Assembly (NCBI RefSeq): GCF_004010195.1
Contig: NC_057750.1
Span: forward strand, 13,842,879-13,862,878
Direction: 5' to 3'
From: Chiloscyllium plagiosum
Lineage: Eukaryota
Length of the DNA stretch: 20,000 nucleotides
Made by a program: the position numbers and the translations under genes. Of this stretch, positions 1 through 10,474 are shown piece after piece; the stretch's first letter is position 1, and the number at the start of each line of letters is the position of its first letter. The notes under the pieces are model-generated. The model was not told the origin of the DNA. It made no database searches and worked only from the letters and a program-made list of their open reading frames with translations.

Positions 1-164
1 GGATGCAAACAGCAGGATTTACTGCCTCTTATCCTCTCTGTTGCCCTACGGCCTCACCGTTAAAGCATTTCACCTCAGAGTGTCTTGCAGCCATTCTGAA
101 CACTTGGTAGCACGTCTCTTTCAGTCATTGATGTCAATGGTGGTGTACCTCAAGGGGAAACCTT

Positions 165-290
165 AATGTATCTGTGGCCGTGCGTTTGGAAGGTGCTGTC
201 CAAGAAGCCTTGGTGATCTTCTAGATGGTGCTCATTGCTGCTGCTGAGCGTTGGTGGTGGAGGGAGTTAATGTTTGTGGATGTGGTGCCC
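165..290 (-). mobile_element. Degenerate fragment of a CR1/L2-group LINE (ORF2 3' region)
   Basis: tttggaaggtgctgtccaagaagccttggtga is the approximate reverse complement of the + strand relic at ~4985-5045 (ccaaggcttcctc...cacct...ccaaa). Family recognised from memory. Confidence 0.5.
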
Positions 291-394
291 TGGAACGCTG
301 GGTATGTGAGTTGAGGAAGCCAGAGCAGGCAGGGAAGACATTTGGTGGCCATTCGGATCGCAGCATTTCGTGGTTGAGTTTACCGTTTAGTTTT

Positions 395-504
395 GGCACA
401 GAAGCCTAAGGAGATTTCCAGCCTCGGGTGACTGTCTGTGCGGAGTTTGCACATTCTCCCCGTGTCTGCGTGGGTTTCCTCCCGCAGTCTAAAGATGTGC
501 AGGT
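395..504 (+). mobile_element. HE1 SINE (V-SINE), truncated 5' part
   Basis: Contains the V-domain-type motif gactgtctgtgcggagtttgcacattctccccgtgtctgcgtgggtttcctccc...aaagatgtgcaggt, which matches the other HE1 copies in the window. Confidence 0.85.
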
Positions 505-514
505 AATTGTAATG

Positions 515-790
515 CTGTAATTGTACCAGCCTCCACCACTTCCTCTGGCAACTCATTCCATATTCACACCACCCTCTGTGTGAAAAAGTTGCCTCTTAGG
601 TCCTTTTTGTATCGTTCCCCTCTCACACTAAATCTATGCCCTCTAGTTCTCGAGTCCCCTACCCCAGGGAAAAGACTTTGTCTATTTACCCTCTCCATGC
701 CCCTCATGATTTTGTAAACCTCTATAAGGTCACCCCTCAGCCTCTGACACTCCAGGCAAAACAGCCCCAGCCTGGTCAGCCTCTCCCCTA
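515..790 (-). mobile_element. CR1-type LINE (HER1-like), ORF2 C-terminal fragment
   Basis: Close reverse complement of 6050-6320 (gtaattgtaccagcctccaccacttcctctggc...ccctacccagggaaaagac). Confidence 0.9.
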
Positions 791-844
791 CACCTGCAAG
801 TGTATATCCAATTACCTTTTCGAGTCATTCACGATCTTAATGGG

Positions 845-1065
845 GATGAAGATGACCTAGTGGTATTCTTGCCAGACTATTAATCCAGAGACCCAGCGGA
901 TATTCTGGGAACATGAGTCCAAATTCTACCCTGAATTCAAGTTCCATAAGAGTCTAATGATGACGGCCAAGCCATTGCCCACTGTTCAAAGAATCCATCT
1001 GTTTTGCTAATGTGCTTTGGGGAAGGAAATCTGTCGTCCTTGCCCAGTCCGGCCTGAACATGACA
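845..1065 (+). mobile_element. Degenerate shark SINE, probably tRNA-derived; same family as 10475-10810
   Basis: The core ccatctgttttgctaatgtgctttggggaaggaaatctgtcgtcctt matches the reverse complement of gatggcagatttccttccctaaaggatattaa at ~10610-10640. Confidence 0.65.
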
Positions 1066-1245
1066 CCCTCATGTCCTGTGAATTGCCTGTGTCTCAATGA
1101 TGACTCCCAAGTCATCGCAACTTGCTACATAAGTCATTTCTTGCTTAAATGCTCACACTAAAGGGCAGTTAATCTTTGACAGAGTGAATAACCGTTGCCG
1201 CAGAGACTGTAATTTCTATGGGATCTACTGCACAGCCTCACTTCA

Positions 1246-1375
1246 AATTAGAATTAGATTTTATTGTCATGTGTACTCAAGTGCAGGGGTACAGTGAGAA
1301 GTGTACAAAGTCACCATTCTCCAGCCCATCTTAAAATGCAAAATTCAAAGTCAGAGCTTAAAAATAAACAAGAGA
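1246..1375 (-). repeat. 3' end of an unclassified interspersed repeat; same family as 6860-7130
   Basis: ttattgtcatgtgtac...tacagtgagaag...aaagtcaccattctccagcccatcttaaaat is the reverse complement of the 7045-7130 tail. Confidence 0.7.
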
Positions 1376-1755
1376 TGAAGGGGTTCAGGGGTGAGGGTTG
1401 AGAGGGATACATGAAGAGATTGGAATAGCTGGGAGCTGCTTTCCTTAGCGCAGAAAAAGGCCAGGATTTGATAGAGGCATTCAAAATCACCACGCAAAAC
1501 AAAAAAGAATAAAGAGAGACTCTTCCTGATGGCTCATGGGTTTGTATCCAGGGGACACAGATATGAAGCAATTAGCAAAATAAGACAAGAAAGGGGTGTG
1601 TGGGAATGGGTGGTTAAGATCTGGCAGGCACTGGCTGGTGGGATGGGTCTTTGATAAATAATTGATGGGGGGTGAACATTGCGGAGGTACTGGGAAAATA
1701 TGGGACACGGGCTGGCATCGGTCTTTGCAACGGCCAATGCAGTGGGCCAAATGCA
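1376..1755 (+). mobile_element. Highly degenerate CR1-type LINE 3' region
   Basis: Residual CR1 motifs: gatttgatagaggcattcaaaatc (DLIEAFKI), gtggttaagatctgg, and the tail gtgggccaaatg. Confidence 0.5.
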
Positions 1756-1756
1756 T

Positions 1757-2100
1757 GGAGAGGGTGAATAACAAAGGTCGTTTTCCCCAGGGTCGGGGAG
1801 TCCAAAATGAGAGGGCATATGTTTAAGGTGAGAGGGGAAAGATTTAAAAGGGATCTTAGGGGTAACCTTTTCACGGAGATGGTGGTACGTGTGTGGAATG
1901 AGCTGCCAGAGGAAGTGGTGGAGGCTGGTACAATTACAACATTTAAAAGGCATCTGGATGGGGACATGAATGGGAAGGGTTTGGAGGGATATGGACCAAA
2001 TGTTGGCAAATGGGACTAGATTAATTTAGGATATCTGGTCAGCATGGACGAGTTAGACCGAAGGGTCTGTTTCCGAGCTGCATAACACCATGACTCTATA
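1757..2100 (+). mobile_element. HER1-like CR1 LINE 3' end (ORF2 C-terminus plus 3' UTR)
   Basis: ORF 1807-2019 (RGHMFKVRGERFKRDLRGNLFTEMVVRVWNELPEEVVEAGTITTFKRHLD) is a typical CR1 ORF2 end. Tail gaccgaagggtctgtttcc...atgactctat. Confidence 0.92.
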
Positions 2101-2127
2101 ACACAACGAGTGGCTTCTACTGTGCTG

Positions 2128-2276
2128 GGAGAAAGTGAGCACTGCAGATGTTGGAGGTCAGAGTCGACAGGTGTGGCGCTAGACAAACACACCTGATCAA
2201 GCAGCGTCCGAGGAGCAGGAGAGTCGACGTTTTGAGCATAATCACTTCATCAGGTCTCCTGCTTGAAACATTGACT
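2128..2276 (-). mobile_element. Penelope-derived short element with a short inverted second arm
   Basis: Starts with the shared terminus ggagaaagtgagcactgcagatg. The minus strand reads cctgatgaagtgattatgctcaaaacgtcga. Probable TSD 2114-2127 / 2277-2290 (11/14 match). Confidence 0.8.
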
Positions 2277-2407
2277 CTCCTTCTGCGCTGTACTACAATT
2301 CTATAAATGTTCGTTTTCTTTTATGAAAATTAAACCTCTGCTCCTCTAGATTTTCTTCAAGAAGAATTCTCGGAGAGAATTATCAGGCGACCGAACGTTA
2401 ACTCCCG

Positions 2408-2625
2408 TCCAGCAACTTTCACAGTCCTTAGGACATTCCCAAAGTGCTTTCCAGCCAATGTGGTATTTCTGAAGCGTAGGCCTCAGTTGCGCAGTCAGGA
2501 ATTGTGGCAACTGTTCCGCCCATAAACCCTCACAAACAGCAATGCAATAATAGCCAGGTCAGCTCGTTATAGCGATGCTGGCCTCACAATGAATGTTGCT
2601 CAGGACGCTGTGAGGAAAATCGCCC
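2408..2625 (-). mobile_element. DeuSINE (SacSINE1/AmnSINE-like) Deu domain and tail
   Basis: aggacattcccaaagtgctttccagccaatg...cacaaacagcaatgcaataatagccag...caggac resembles the reverse complement of the Deu-domain consensus as I recall it. Confidence 0.7.
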
Positions 2626-3237
2626 ATCCGAACGGTGAGGGCTGAGGAATTAGCAAGTTCTACAAGCGTCCTCATGCTTGCTTTTTTTTTTCCTGAGTGC
2701 TACATTGTGTATGTGTGCAATCGGGTTGAAGGGAAAACAGAAAGTCACACCGATCGCCTGTAGGCTGATGCTTTCAAACTGTTTCATCCTCGGGCTTTCA
2801 ATCAAGGGTTTTCCAGATGAATGAACGTGTTACTTTCATGACTAGACTCCAGCTGCTGAAACATATACAGTTCATGGATTGAAAACAGGGACAGTTTAAA
2901 CAAGGCATAAAAATCATTTGAAGATAAACAGTCACAGTAGTATTTAGAAGGGGGAATGACATGGGATTGAAAACAGCAATTTGCTCTGTCCTTGTTGAGA
3001 AGGCCGGGCAAATTCATTGACTCTTCTACTGCCTTCTACATACATCTTGGTACACCTGGGTGGGAAGGCAGCATCACCATCGAACGTACCATTCTTGAGG
3101 GTGACGTGCTGAGTATGCTCACACAAAGCAAGGCTTGGCTGTCTTGGGTCTGTACCCCGATGGAAGGTGACTGTATCACCAAGGCTGCACCTTGGCGGGG
3201 GTTTTGGTTTCCGACGCTCTTAAGCTGGTAATGTTTA

Positions 3238-3462
3238 AGGTGGCACAGTGGCTTGCCTCACAGTACCAGGGACGTGAGCTCGATTCCACCCTCATGAGAC
3301 TGACTGTGTGGTGTTTGTACATTGTGTCCTCCCAAGGATGTGCAGGTTAGGAGGGCTGGCCATGGAAATGTGGGGGGGGGGGGGGGTAGATGCTTTTTTT
3401 GGAGGCTCTGTGCATACTCAATGGGCTGAATGGTCTCTGTTTGCACTGTAGGGATTCTACAA
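3238..3462 (+). mobile_element. HE1 SINE, internally deleted
   Basis: Head ggtggcacagtggct...gcctcacagtaccagggac...tcgattccac; tail gggctgaatggtctctgtttgcactgtagggattcta. Confidence 0.8.
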
Positions 3463-3464
3463 TT

Positions 3465-3715
3465 CGAAGTGTCAGGGAATGCCAGGGAATACAAGCTTAC
3501 AGGCCAAGTTGTGGAAAATGGAATCGGTGTGAGCTGTTTTTGACTGGCACAGACTCTGTAGGCCAAAGGGCGTTTTCCTATGCTATAGACCTCGATGACT
3601 CTATGCCAAGGTTACGGGCTAAAAGTAGGGGCATGGGACTAGCTCTCACAGAGAGCTGGCACAGGTGCAGTTGCCTGAATGGCCCCCCCGTGTGTTGTAT
3701 CTATCCTATGCTGAA
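3465..3715 (+). mobile_element. Two degenerate CR1 3' UTR tails in tandem
   Basis: Tail motifs ggccaaagggcgttttcctatgctatagacctcgatgactctatg and ctgaatggccccccgtgtgttgtatcta. Confidence 0.55.
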
Positions 3716-3750
3716 TCCTAATCCACAATCTATCCCCCCGTGGCCTCGCA

Positions 3751-3833
3751 GGAGAAAGTGAGCACTGCAGATTGACTCTGATCTTCTCGGGTGCTGCCTG
3801 ACCTGCTGTGCTTTTCCAGCACCTCACTCTGGA
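3751..3833. mobile_element. Penelope-derived palindromic element with a collapsed centre
   Basis: Left terminus ggagaaagtgagcactgcaga is joined to the right arm tgctgcctgacctgctgtgcttttccagcacctcactct. Imperfect TSD ccccgtggcctcgc / cccctggccttgc. Confidence 0.7.
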
Positions 3834-4017
3834 CCCCTGGCCTTGCGACCCATTCCATTCTAGATCACTTGGACGTCGCAAATGAATCCGCCTCCAGCCT
3901 CCCACTCTTCCCCCAGGCACATCTTCTCCTGATCATTCACGACGAGGGCTTTTGATGATATAAACCAAAAGGAGTAGCAATTTACTTTTTGCCAAAAGGG
4001 AGTTGAGTACATTGACA

Positions 4018-4185
4018 GCTGGGGTGGTGCAGTGGCTCAATGGTCAGCGCTGGAATCTCATAGCATCAGGTTCGATCCCAGCCTCAGGCAACTGTCTGTG
4101 TGGCGTTTGCACGTTCTCCCCTGTGTTTGTGTGGGTTTCCTCCCATAGTCCAAAGATGTGCAGGGTAGGGCGGATTGACCGTGTG
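4018..4185 (+). mobile_element. HE1 SINE, 5' half
   Basis: tRNA-like head (gtggctcaatggtcagc...ggttcgatccc) followed by the V-domain motif. Confidence 0.85.
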
Positions 4186-4841
4186 TAGTGCAGCCTTGCA
4201 CGCTTTCCCCATATCTTTGCAACATTTACTTCTTCAATTATTTATCCAAGTCTCTTTTGAAAGCTGCTGCGTCCCACTCCTGGCTTAGTTCTGACAGGGA
4301 AACGTGTGCACAGGGAATTTCCTGGACAGGAGAGGCTTGTGATATCGCCACATCGAGACAGAACAAAGATGTTTCAAACTGGTAGTCCCTGGACCGCAGA
4401 GGTCAGGCTGCCAATTACATGCAGCTAGTAATTGGTGTATAGTACTGAAACAAGTCGTTGGAATTTGTCTGAACCCTGTTCTAGAGTCTTGCTTTAAAAT
4501 TGATCCACTTTTTCTCAGTGTTATATTGGATGCTAGTAAAATGGTTTGGGACACACGATTTTCCAACAGGATTCTTTTCTCAGTAGTTTCTGCTCGGGCA
4601 ATGCATTAACGTTTCTCACTGTTAAACAAAACACTTGCCACTTCCTCTGGTTTTTATACGTGTCCTTTGGTTCCTGACTGTGCTGTCACTGGAAGCGGTT
4701 TCTCCCCACCAATGAAGTCAAAAGCCCTCAGAATTTTTGAACTCATCTATCGAATCTCCCCTGAGTCTTCTCTGCTCCCAGGAACACAAAATTCCCACTT
4801 CTCCGGTCTCTCCATGTTGCTCATTATCAGTACCATTCCAG

Positions 4842-4952
4842 GAGAAAATGAGGACTGCAGATGCTGGGGAGTCAGAGTCGAAAAGTGCTGCGCTGGAAAA
4901 GCACAGCTTGTCCGAGGAGCAGGAGAATTGACGTTTCAGGCATAAATCAGGA
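4842..4952 (-). mobile_element. Penelope-derived single-arm short element with a perfect 16-bp TSD
   Basis: atcagtaccattccag occurs at 4826-4841 and at 4953-4968, flanking gagaaaatgaggactgcagatgctgg...gacgtttcaggcataaatcagga. Confidence 0.88.
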
Positions 4953-5099
4953 ATCAGTACCATTCCAGTCAAATTCCTCTGAGCCTTTTGCCAAGGCTTC
5001 CTCATGTACCACCTCAAAAAACATCTGTATCTGCCAAAGCCCACAATCTAACCCCATAGAAGGACAAGGGCAGCAGCTCCACGGGAACATGACACATTG

Positions 5100-5558
5100 T
5101 CCCACTGCTGCCTCATAGTGCCAGTGACCTGAGTTCAATCCCACCCTCGGGCGACTGTCTGTGTGGAGTTTGCACATTCTCCCCCCCCCATCTCTGTGGG
5201 TTTCCTCCCACAATCCAAAGACGTGCAGGTTAGGTGAATTGGTTGTGCTAAATTGACCATCGTGTTCAGGGATGTGTAGGCTGGGCGCATTGGTAGAGTA
5301 ATAGGTTCAGGGAGTGGGTCTAGGTGGGTTACCCCCCCCCCATCTCTGTGGGTTTCCTCCCACAATCCAAAGACGTGCAGGTTAGGTGAATTGGCTGTGC
5401 TAAATTGACCGTAGTGTTCAGGGATGTGTAGGCTGGGTGCATTGGTAGAGTAATAGGTTCAGGGAGTGGGTCTAGGTGGGTTACTCTGCGGAGGGTCTGT
5501 GTAGACTTGTTGGGCCGAAGGGCCTGTTTCCACACTGTGGGGATTCTATTAAAATAAA
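5100..5558 (+). mobile_element. HE1 SINE with an internal 152-bp tandem duplication
   Basis: Head cactgctgcctcatagtgccag...gagttcaatcc; units 5181-5332 and 5333-5484; tail gggccgaagggcctgtttccacactgtggggattcta. Confidence 0.92.
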
Positions 5559-5671
5559 AACACCATGCCCTGCAAGTTCCGCTCACCATTCCGACTTGGA
5601 AATACATTGCCGTTCCTTCACTGTTGCTGGGTCAAAATCCCTAAATGCATTGTGGGTCTACCTACAGGCAC

Positions 5672-6480
5672 CTAGTTTAGATAAATATAGATATTGCATT
5701 TTGGAAAGGCAAATCAGGCCAGGGTTTATACCCTTAATGATAGGGTCCTGGGGAGTGTTGCTGAACAAAGAGACCTTGAGTGCAGATTTATAGTTCCTTG
5801 AAAGTAGAGTTGTAGGTAGACAGGATAGTGAAGAAGGCATTTGGTATGCTTGCCTTTATCAGTTAGTGCATGGAGTATTGGAGTTGGGAGGTCATGTTGC
5901 AACTGTACAGAACATTGGTTAGGCCACTTTTGGAATATTGCATGCAATTCTGGTCTCCTTGCTGTAGGAAAGATATTGTTAAACATGAAAGGATTCAGAA
6001 AAGATTTACAAGGATGTTGGCAGAGTTGGAAGGTTTGAGCTACAGGGAATGGCTGAGTAGGCCGGGGCTATTTTCCCTGGAGCATCGGAAGCTGAGGGGT
6101 GGCCTTATAGTAGTTTATAAAATCACAAGGGGCATGGATAGGGTAAATGGACAAGGTCTTTTTCCTGGGGTAGGGGAGTCCAGAACTAGAGAGCATAGGT
6201 TTGAGATGAGAGGGGAAAAGATTTAAAAGGGACATAAGGGGCAACTTTTTCACACAGAGGGTGGTGCGTGTATGGAATGAACTGCCAGAGGAAGTGGTGG
6301 AGGCTGGTACAATTACAACATTTAAAAGGCATCTGGATGGGTATATGAATAGGAAGGGTTCAGAGGGATATGGGCCAAGTGCTGGCAAATGGGAGTAGAT
6401 TGGGTTGGGCTATCTGGTCGGCATGGACAAGTTGAACCAAAGAGTTTGTTTCCCTTGCTGAACAATTCTATGACTCAATA
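5672..6480 (+). mobile_element. HER1-like CR1 LINE, 5'-truncated (~800 bp, disrupted ORF2 C-terminus plus 3' UTR)
   Basis: ORF 5870-6226 contains MLQLYRTLVRPLLEYCMQFWSP...ERIQKRFTRML...GLFSLEHRKLRGGLI. 3' tail as in 1757-2100. Confidence 0.95.
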
Positions 6481-6526
6481 GACTGTAGCAGTTTGGGAAG
6501 GTTAGCATCATGATTCTCAAATGGTG

Positions 6527-7530
6527 AAAAGGTCACACACAGTCTGCAGAGGGTTACGGACAGATTAAGCAACTGGGCAAAACCTTGGCAGATGGAATAT
6601 GATGTGGGGAAATCCACATTTGGGCAGGAAGAAGAGGAGCTGAGAAAGACTGCAGAATGCTCCAACACACAGAGGGATTTGGGAATCCTTGCGCATGAAT
6701 CACGAAAGGCTCGCATCCACGTTCAGCAGACAGGGAAGGGAACTGGAATACTGCCTTTCATTTCGACGGGAATGGAATGTGGCATAGAGAAGTCTTACTC
6801 AACTTTAAAAGACACTAATCCAACCATATCTAGAACAGTTTCAGTCCACTTCTCGAAGGAGGGGGAGACTGGCACTTTGGCGAGATGGTGCTGAAGACGG
6901 GTGATTTTTGTTCCCGCAATGGCAGTGCAGTGAAGTGGTCTTACACCTGGCCTCAAGCCTCATGACAGAGGACTGTAACATTGGACACTTGCTTTATTTC
7001 CTCATTTTTCTGACTCTATGTTCTAGGTTTTGGTTTATTTTTCAGTATTTTAAGATGGCGCTGGGAGTGGTGACTCTTTTCACTGTATTTCGTAACAAGG
7101 TAATACATGACAATAAATGAATCAAATCAAAGCAGAGAGTCACTGGGTCGATCCTATGTTTGGAGGGAGAGTTTGAGAAGGTTGGGCCTGGCCTCATCGG
7201 AGTTTAGAAGAATGAGAGGTGGCGTTATTGTAACAGACAAGATTCTTCAAGGACTTGACGGGGGAGATGTGGAGAGGGTGTTTCCCCTTGCGGGAGAGTC
7301 TGGGACCAGAGGGGCAACATCTTAGAGTAAGGAAGCACCCACTGACGATAGAGATGAGGATTTAGTTTCTGTCAAGATGGAAGATTGGAACTGTTCACTG
7401 CAGAGGGCTGTTAAGGCTGGATTATTAAATGTACCCAAGGCTGTGATGGATTTTAAACCAGCAAGGGTCTGGGGTTGACATCTTATGGCAGGGCAGATTT
7501 GATGGGTCGACATCTGCTCTTACATCTTAA
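6527..7530 (+). mobile_element. Older CR1 LINE ORF2 3' relic, interrupted at ~6860-7130
   Basis: ctgcagagggttacggacagattaagcaactgggcaaaaccttggcagatggaatat encodes LQRVTDRLSNWAKPWQMEY. ORF 7107-7325 contains LRRLGLASSEFRRMRGGVIVTDKILQGLD. Confidence 0.8.
6860..7130 (+). repeat. Unclassified SINE-like repeat inserted into CR1
   Basis: Interrupts a CR1 relic, ends in catgacaataaatgaatcaaatcaaa, and has a second copy at 1246-1375 on the minus strand. Confidence 0.65.
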
Positions 7531-8769
7531 GACAAATAATTCATCCAAGATTATACACCACAGTATTCAGATTTTGCAGGTCCTGGTAAGAGTGTGAACT
7601 TCCAGTATGAGAATCTTCAGGGTGTAAATAGTACAGTATAAACCCTGGATTCTAACAAGCCATTTTCAAGCAGAAGCTGGATTTTTAAACGAGTAAACGT
7701 CCCTCGTTTTGTTTGTATCTGGAGTCAGAAGCAGGGAAGCACGTGATCATCCAAAAAAAAGTTTGATTAAGGGCAGTGTGAATCGACAAGCCTGACTGCC
7801 ATGATCCTCAGCGCTAAACTGGTTACCACCTGGCTACATCTTCAGTGGGACCTGCAGTCACCAGGCACCCGCTGGCCAATTCTCTGTCGTCGCCCAGAGA
7901 CCAATTCCCTCCCAGCTTCCTGATTGCCTTGGGATTAATTTATAGCGAGGGGGTAAAATACTCCGATAAATTAAGCCTAGTAACGCCAGAAAAAAAATCA
8001 ATAGCAAAAAGACCGTATCCCAGTGGGAAAGAGGAAAGTTGAATAATACGGAGTGGGACTGTGAGAACTCTGAAGAATATTAGTGCAGCTATGCTGGATT
8101 GTTTGTTGACTTTTTTGCCAAATGGGTAATGGCCTTGACAATTGACTGAGTCTCATCAATTAAGGCTTGTCTACTGTTTGGCACCAGGAGTTCTGTATCG
8201 GTGTCTTTTCTTTCCCATTTTATTTACTGGACGGTAAATAACAGTGCAGAGCTGGATGAGGATCTGTGCTGAGTTTTATCTGCTTCACGTGTCCTTCATT
8301 TCTATAATGGCACACATATGTGAAAAGTTCAGAAAGGAGAGATCTTGGTGCCAGTGTAAATACAGACTCCAGTTCATCCCCAAGGCATTCAGTTCAAAGT
8401 TAGACATGGGCCCATGCGCTCGGCAAGTTCACCCTTGGACGACTGGGAGATGAATTCTTTTATTTTCTCTTGCGTTTTGAAACTTGGTTGGGGAGAAAGG
8501 AGTCGGAATGTTTTGCATTAGAGGCGAGCACGCAACCTGCATCGACGGCCTCCATTCGATTCCGTCTGGAAGTAAACAAGTCGACTGACCTCAATCCGGA
8601 TCCAGCAACTGCGATCACTTCTTCCCTTTGCTTGATGGCAAGACTTGGCTTGAACGGCCAGCTCCTTCTCCTTGCCAGGGTTCCCAATGCAAAATGAGCC
8701 ACGGAAAAAAGAAAACAAAACCATTAAATCAGGCCCTCCCGAGTTCCAATCGAGGAGCGCTTGGTCTCC

Positions 8770-9815
8770 ATAGAGTCATTCAGCACGGAAACAGACCCTT
8801 CGGCCAAACCAGTCCATGCCAACCATAATCCCAAACTAAACTAGTCCCACCTGCCTGCTCCTGGCCCATATCCCTCCAAACACTTCTTATTCATGGACTT
8901 AACCAAATGTCTTTTAAATGTTGTAGCTATACTTATATCCACCACTTCCTCTGGCAGTTCATTCCACACATGAACCACTCTTTGTGGAAAAAAAGTTAGA
9001 AGGATATATAATCCCTACATGTCCTTCAGCAACAAGTCCACGTTGACCCCCCACGAGACCCATTACCCTACGTTTACCCCAGACTAATACACCTAACCTC
9101 CAAATCCCTGAAAGCTATGGGCAATTTTAACATGGCCAATCCACCCTAACCTGCCCACTTTTGGATTGTGGGAGGAAACCGGAGCAACCCACACAGAGAG
9201 TTACCCAAGACAAGAATCAAACCCGTGCCGCCCCCTCATCTCCTTTGTAAACCTTTCTCCTCTCGTATTAAAAATGTGCCTGACATTTACCTCACAATTC
9301 TACAGTCGCCTCTCAACCTCCAATGCTCCAGGGAAAAGTAGTCCCAGCCAATCTAGCCTCTTCCATCAAACCTTCCATTCTCAGCAACATCCTGGTAAAT
9401 TTATTCTGAACCCTCTCCAGTTTAATAATATCCTTCCGATAGCAGGGCGACCAGAACTGGACACTGCTCTCCAGAAGAGGTCTCACCAATGTCCTGTACA
9501 ACCTCAACATGACGTCCCAACTCCCATACTCAAAGTTCTGAGCAATGAAGGCAAGCATGCTGAACGCCTTTGTAACCCCCCTGTCTACAGGTGATGCAAA
9601 CTTCAAAGATTTATGTACCTGAACCCCTAGGTTTCTCTGTTCTACAACACTACCCAAGGCCCTAGTTTTAATTGTATAAGCCCTGCCTTGGTTTGTTTTA
9701 CCAAAATGCAATACCTCAGATTTATCCAAGTTAAACTTCATCTGCCACTCCTCAGCCCGTCGACCCAATCGAACAAGATCTCTTTGTAATCTTAGAGAAC
9801 CTTCTTTACTGTCAG
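8770..9815 (-). mobile_element. HER1-like CR1 LINE, 5'-truncated, interrupted by HE1
   Basis: ORF 9313-9873 contains LRLQRDLVRLGRRAEEWQMKFNLDKSEVLHFGK...MLRLYRTLVRPLLESSVQFWSP. 3' tail at 8770 (catagagtcattcagcacggaaacagacccttcggcc). Confidence 0.92.
8997..9229 (-). mobile_element. HE1 SINE with deletions, nested in CR1
   Basis: Contains catggccaatccaccctaacctgcccacttttggattgtgggaggaaaccggagca. The host reads ...gaaaaaaagtt | gccccctcat across the insert. Confidence 0.82.
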
Positions 9816-10474
9816 CAAGTTGCCCCCGTTGAGTTTGGGACGGAGGGATAGGAGAGACATGTGGGTCTTTCATCCAGATGCTGTAATTTCTGTTTCATGT
9901 TGAGAACCATAAGGATTGCCTAAGTGTTATTAAATGAGATGGGAATCTCTCCAGGCTTCATTTTGAGTTGGAATCTAACAATGTGAATAGCAGGTGAGGT
10001 CATTGAGATTCTTAGATAATGGTACAGACGCTGGAATAGCTGACTGGATCTGAACATTAATGTAAACCAAACAGATTGATTCCAGGGCCCCCCTTTTGAA
10101 TGTAATGATTTCAGTAGTTGATAACATCGTGATTAACTGCAATAAAAACAGGTCAAGGTGGAAACTTGCTATTTCCAGTAATGAGTGGAGACAGTGTCCA
10201 CAGTGGTTAGTGATTACTGTTCCAAGCACAAATAATCGTTAATCGGGGGGGTGCGGAAGGGGGTTGCTAAAGAAACCAAGGGGAACCAAAATAGACAAGG
10301 TGTCTTATTAACAGGTTGATTTTGTTTTTGGGCCAGACTCTTCAATCAAAATAAATGCAAGGCTAATAGCATAACCACGTGATAATGGTGAGAAGCAGCA
10401 AGTCTTGTTTTCTGATGAGGAAATGTCTCTGAGGTACAAGTGAGGAAGGCTTGTTAGTCCATATTTCCTAAAGA

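Larger units (their letters stand above)
4985..6525 (+). mobile_element. Old CR1/L2-group LINE 3' end in three pieces (~4985-5095, ~5559-5670, ~6481-6525)
   Basis: The pieces read contiguously: agaaggacaagggcagcag...gggaaca | caccatgccctgcaagttcc...(RSFTVAGSKSLNAL)...ctacctaca | gactgtagcagtttgggaagg. Confidence 0.6.

Noticed and set aside
8460..8828. Overlapping short ORFs as a host exon
   Set aside because: No recognisable protein similarity and no convincing splice-site pair. The region is kept only as a regulatory candidate.
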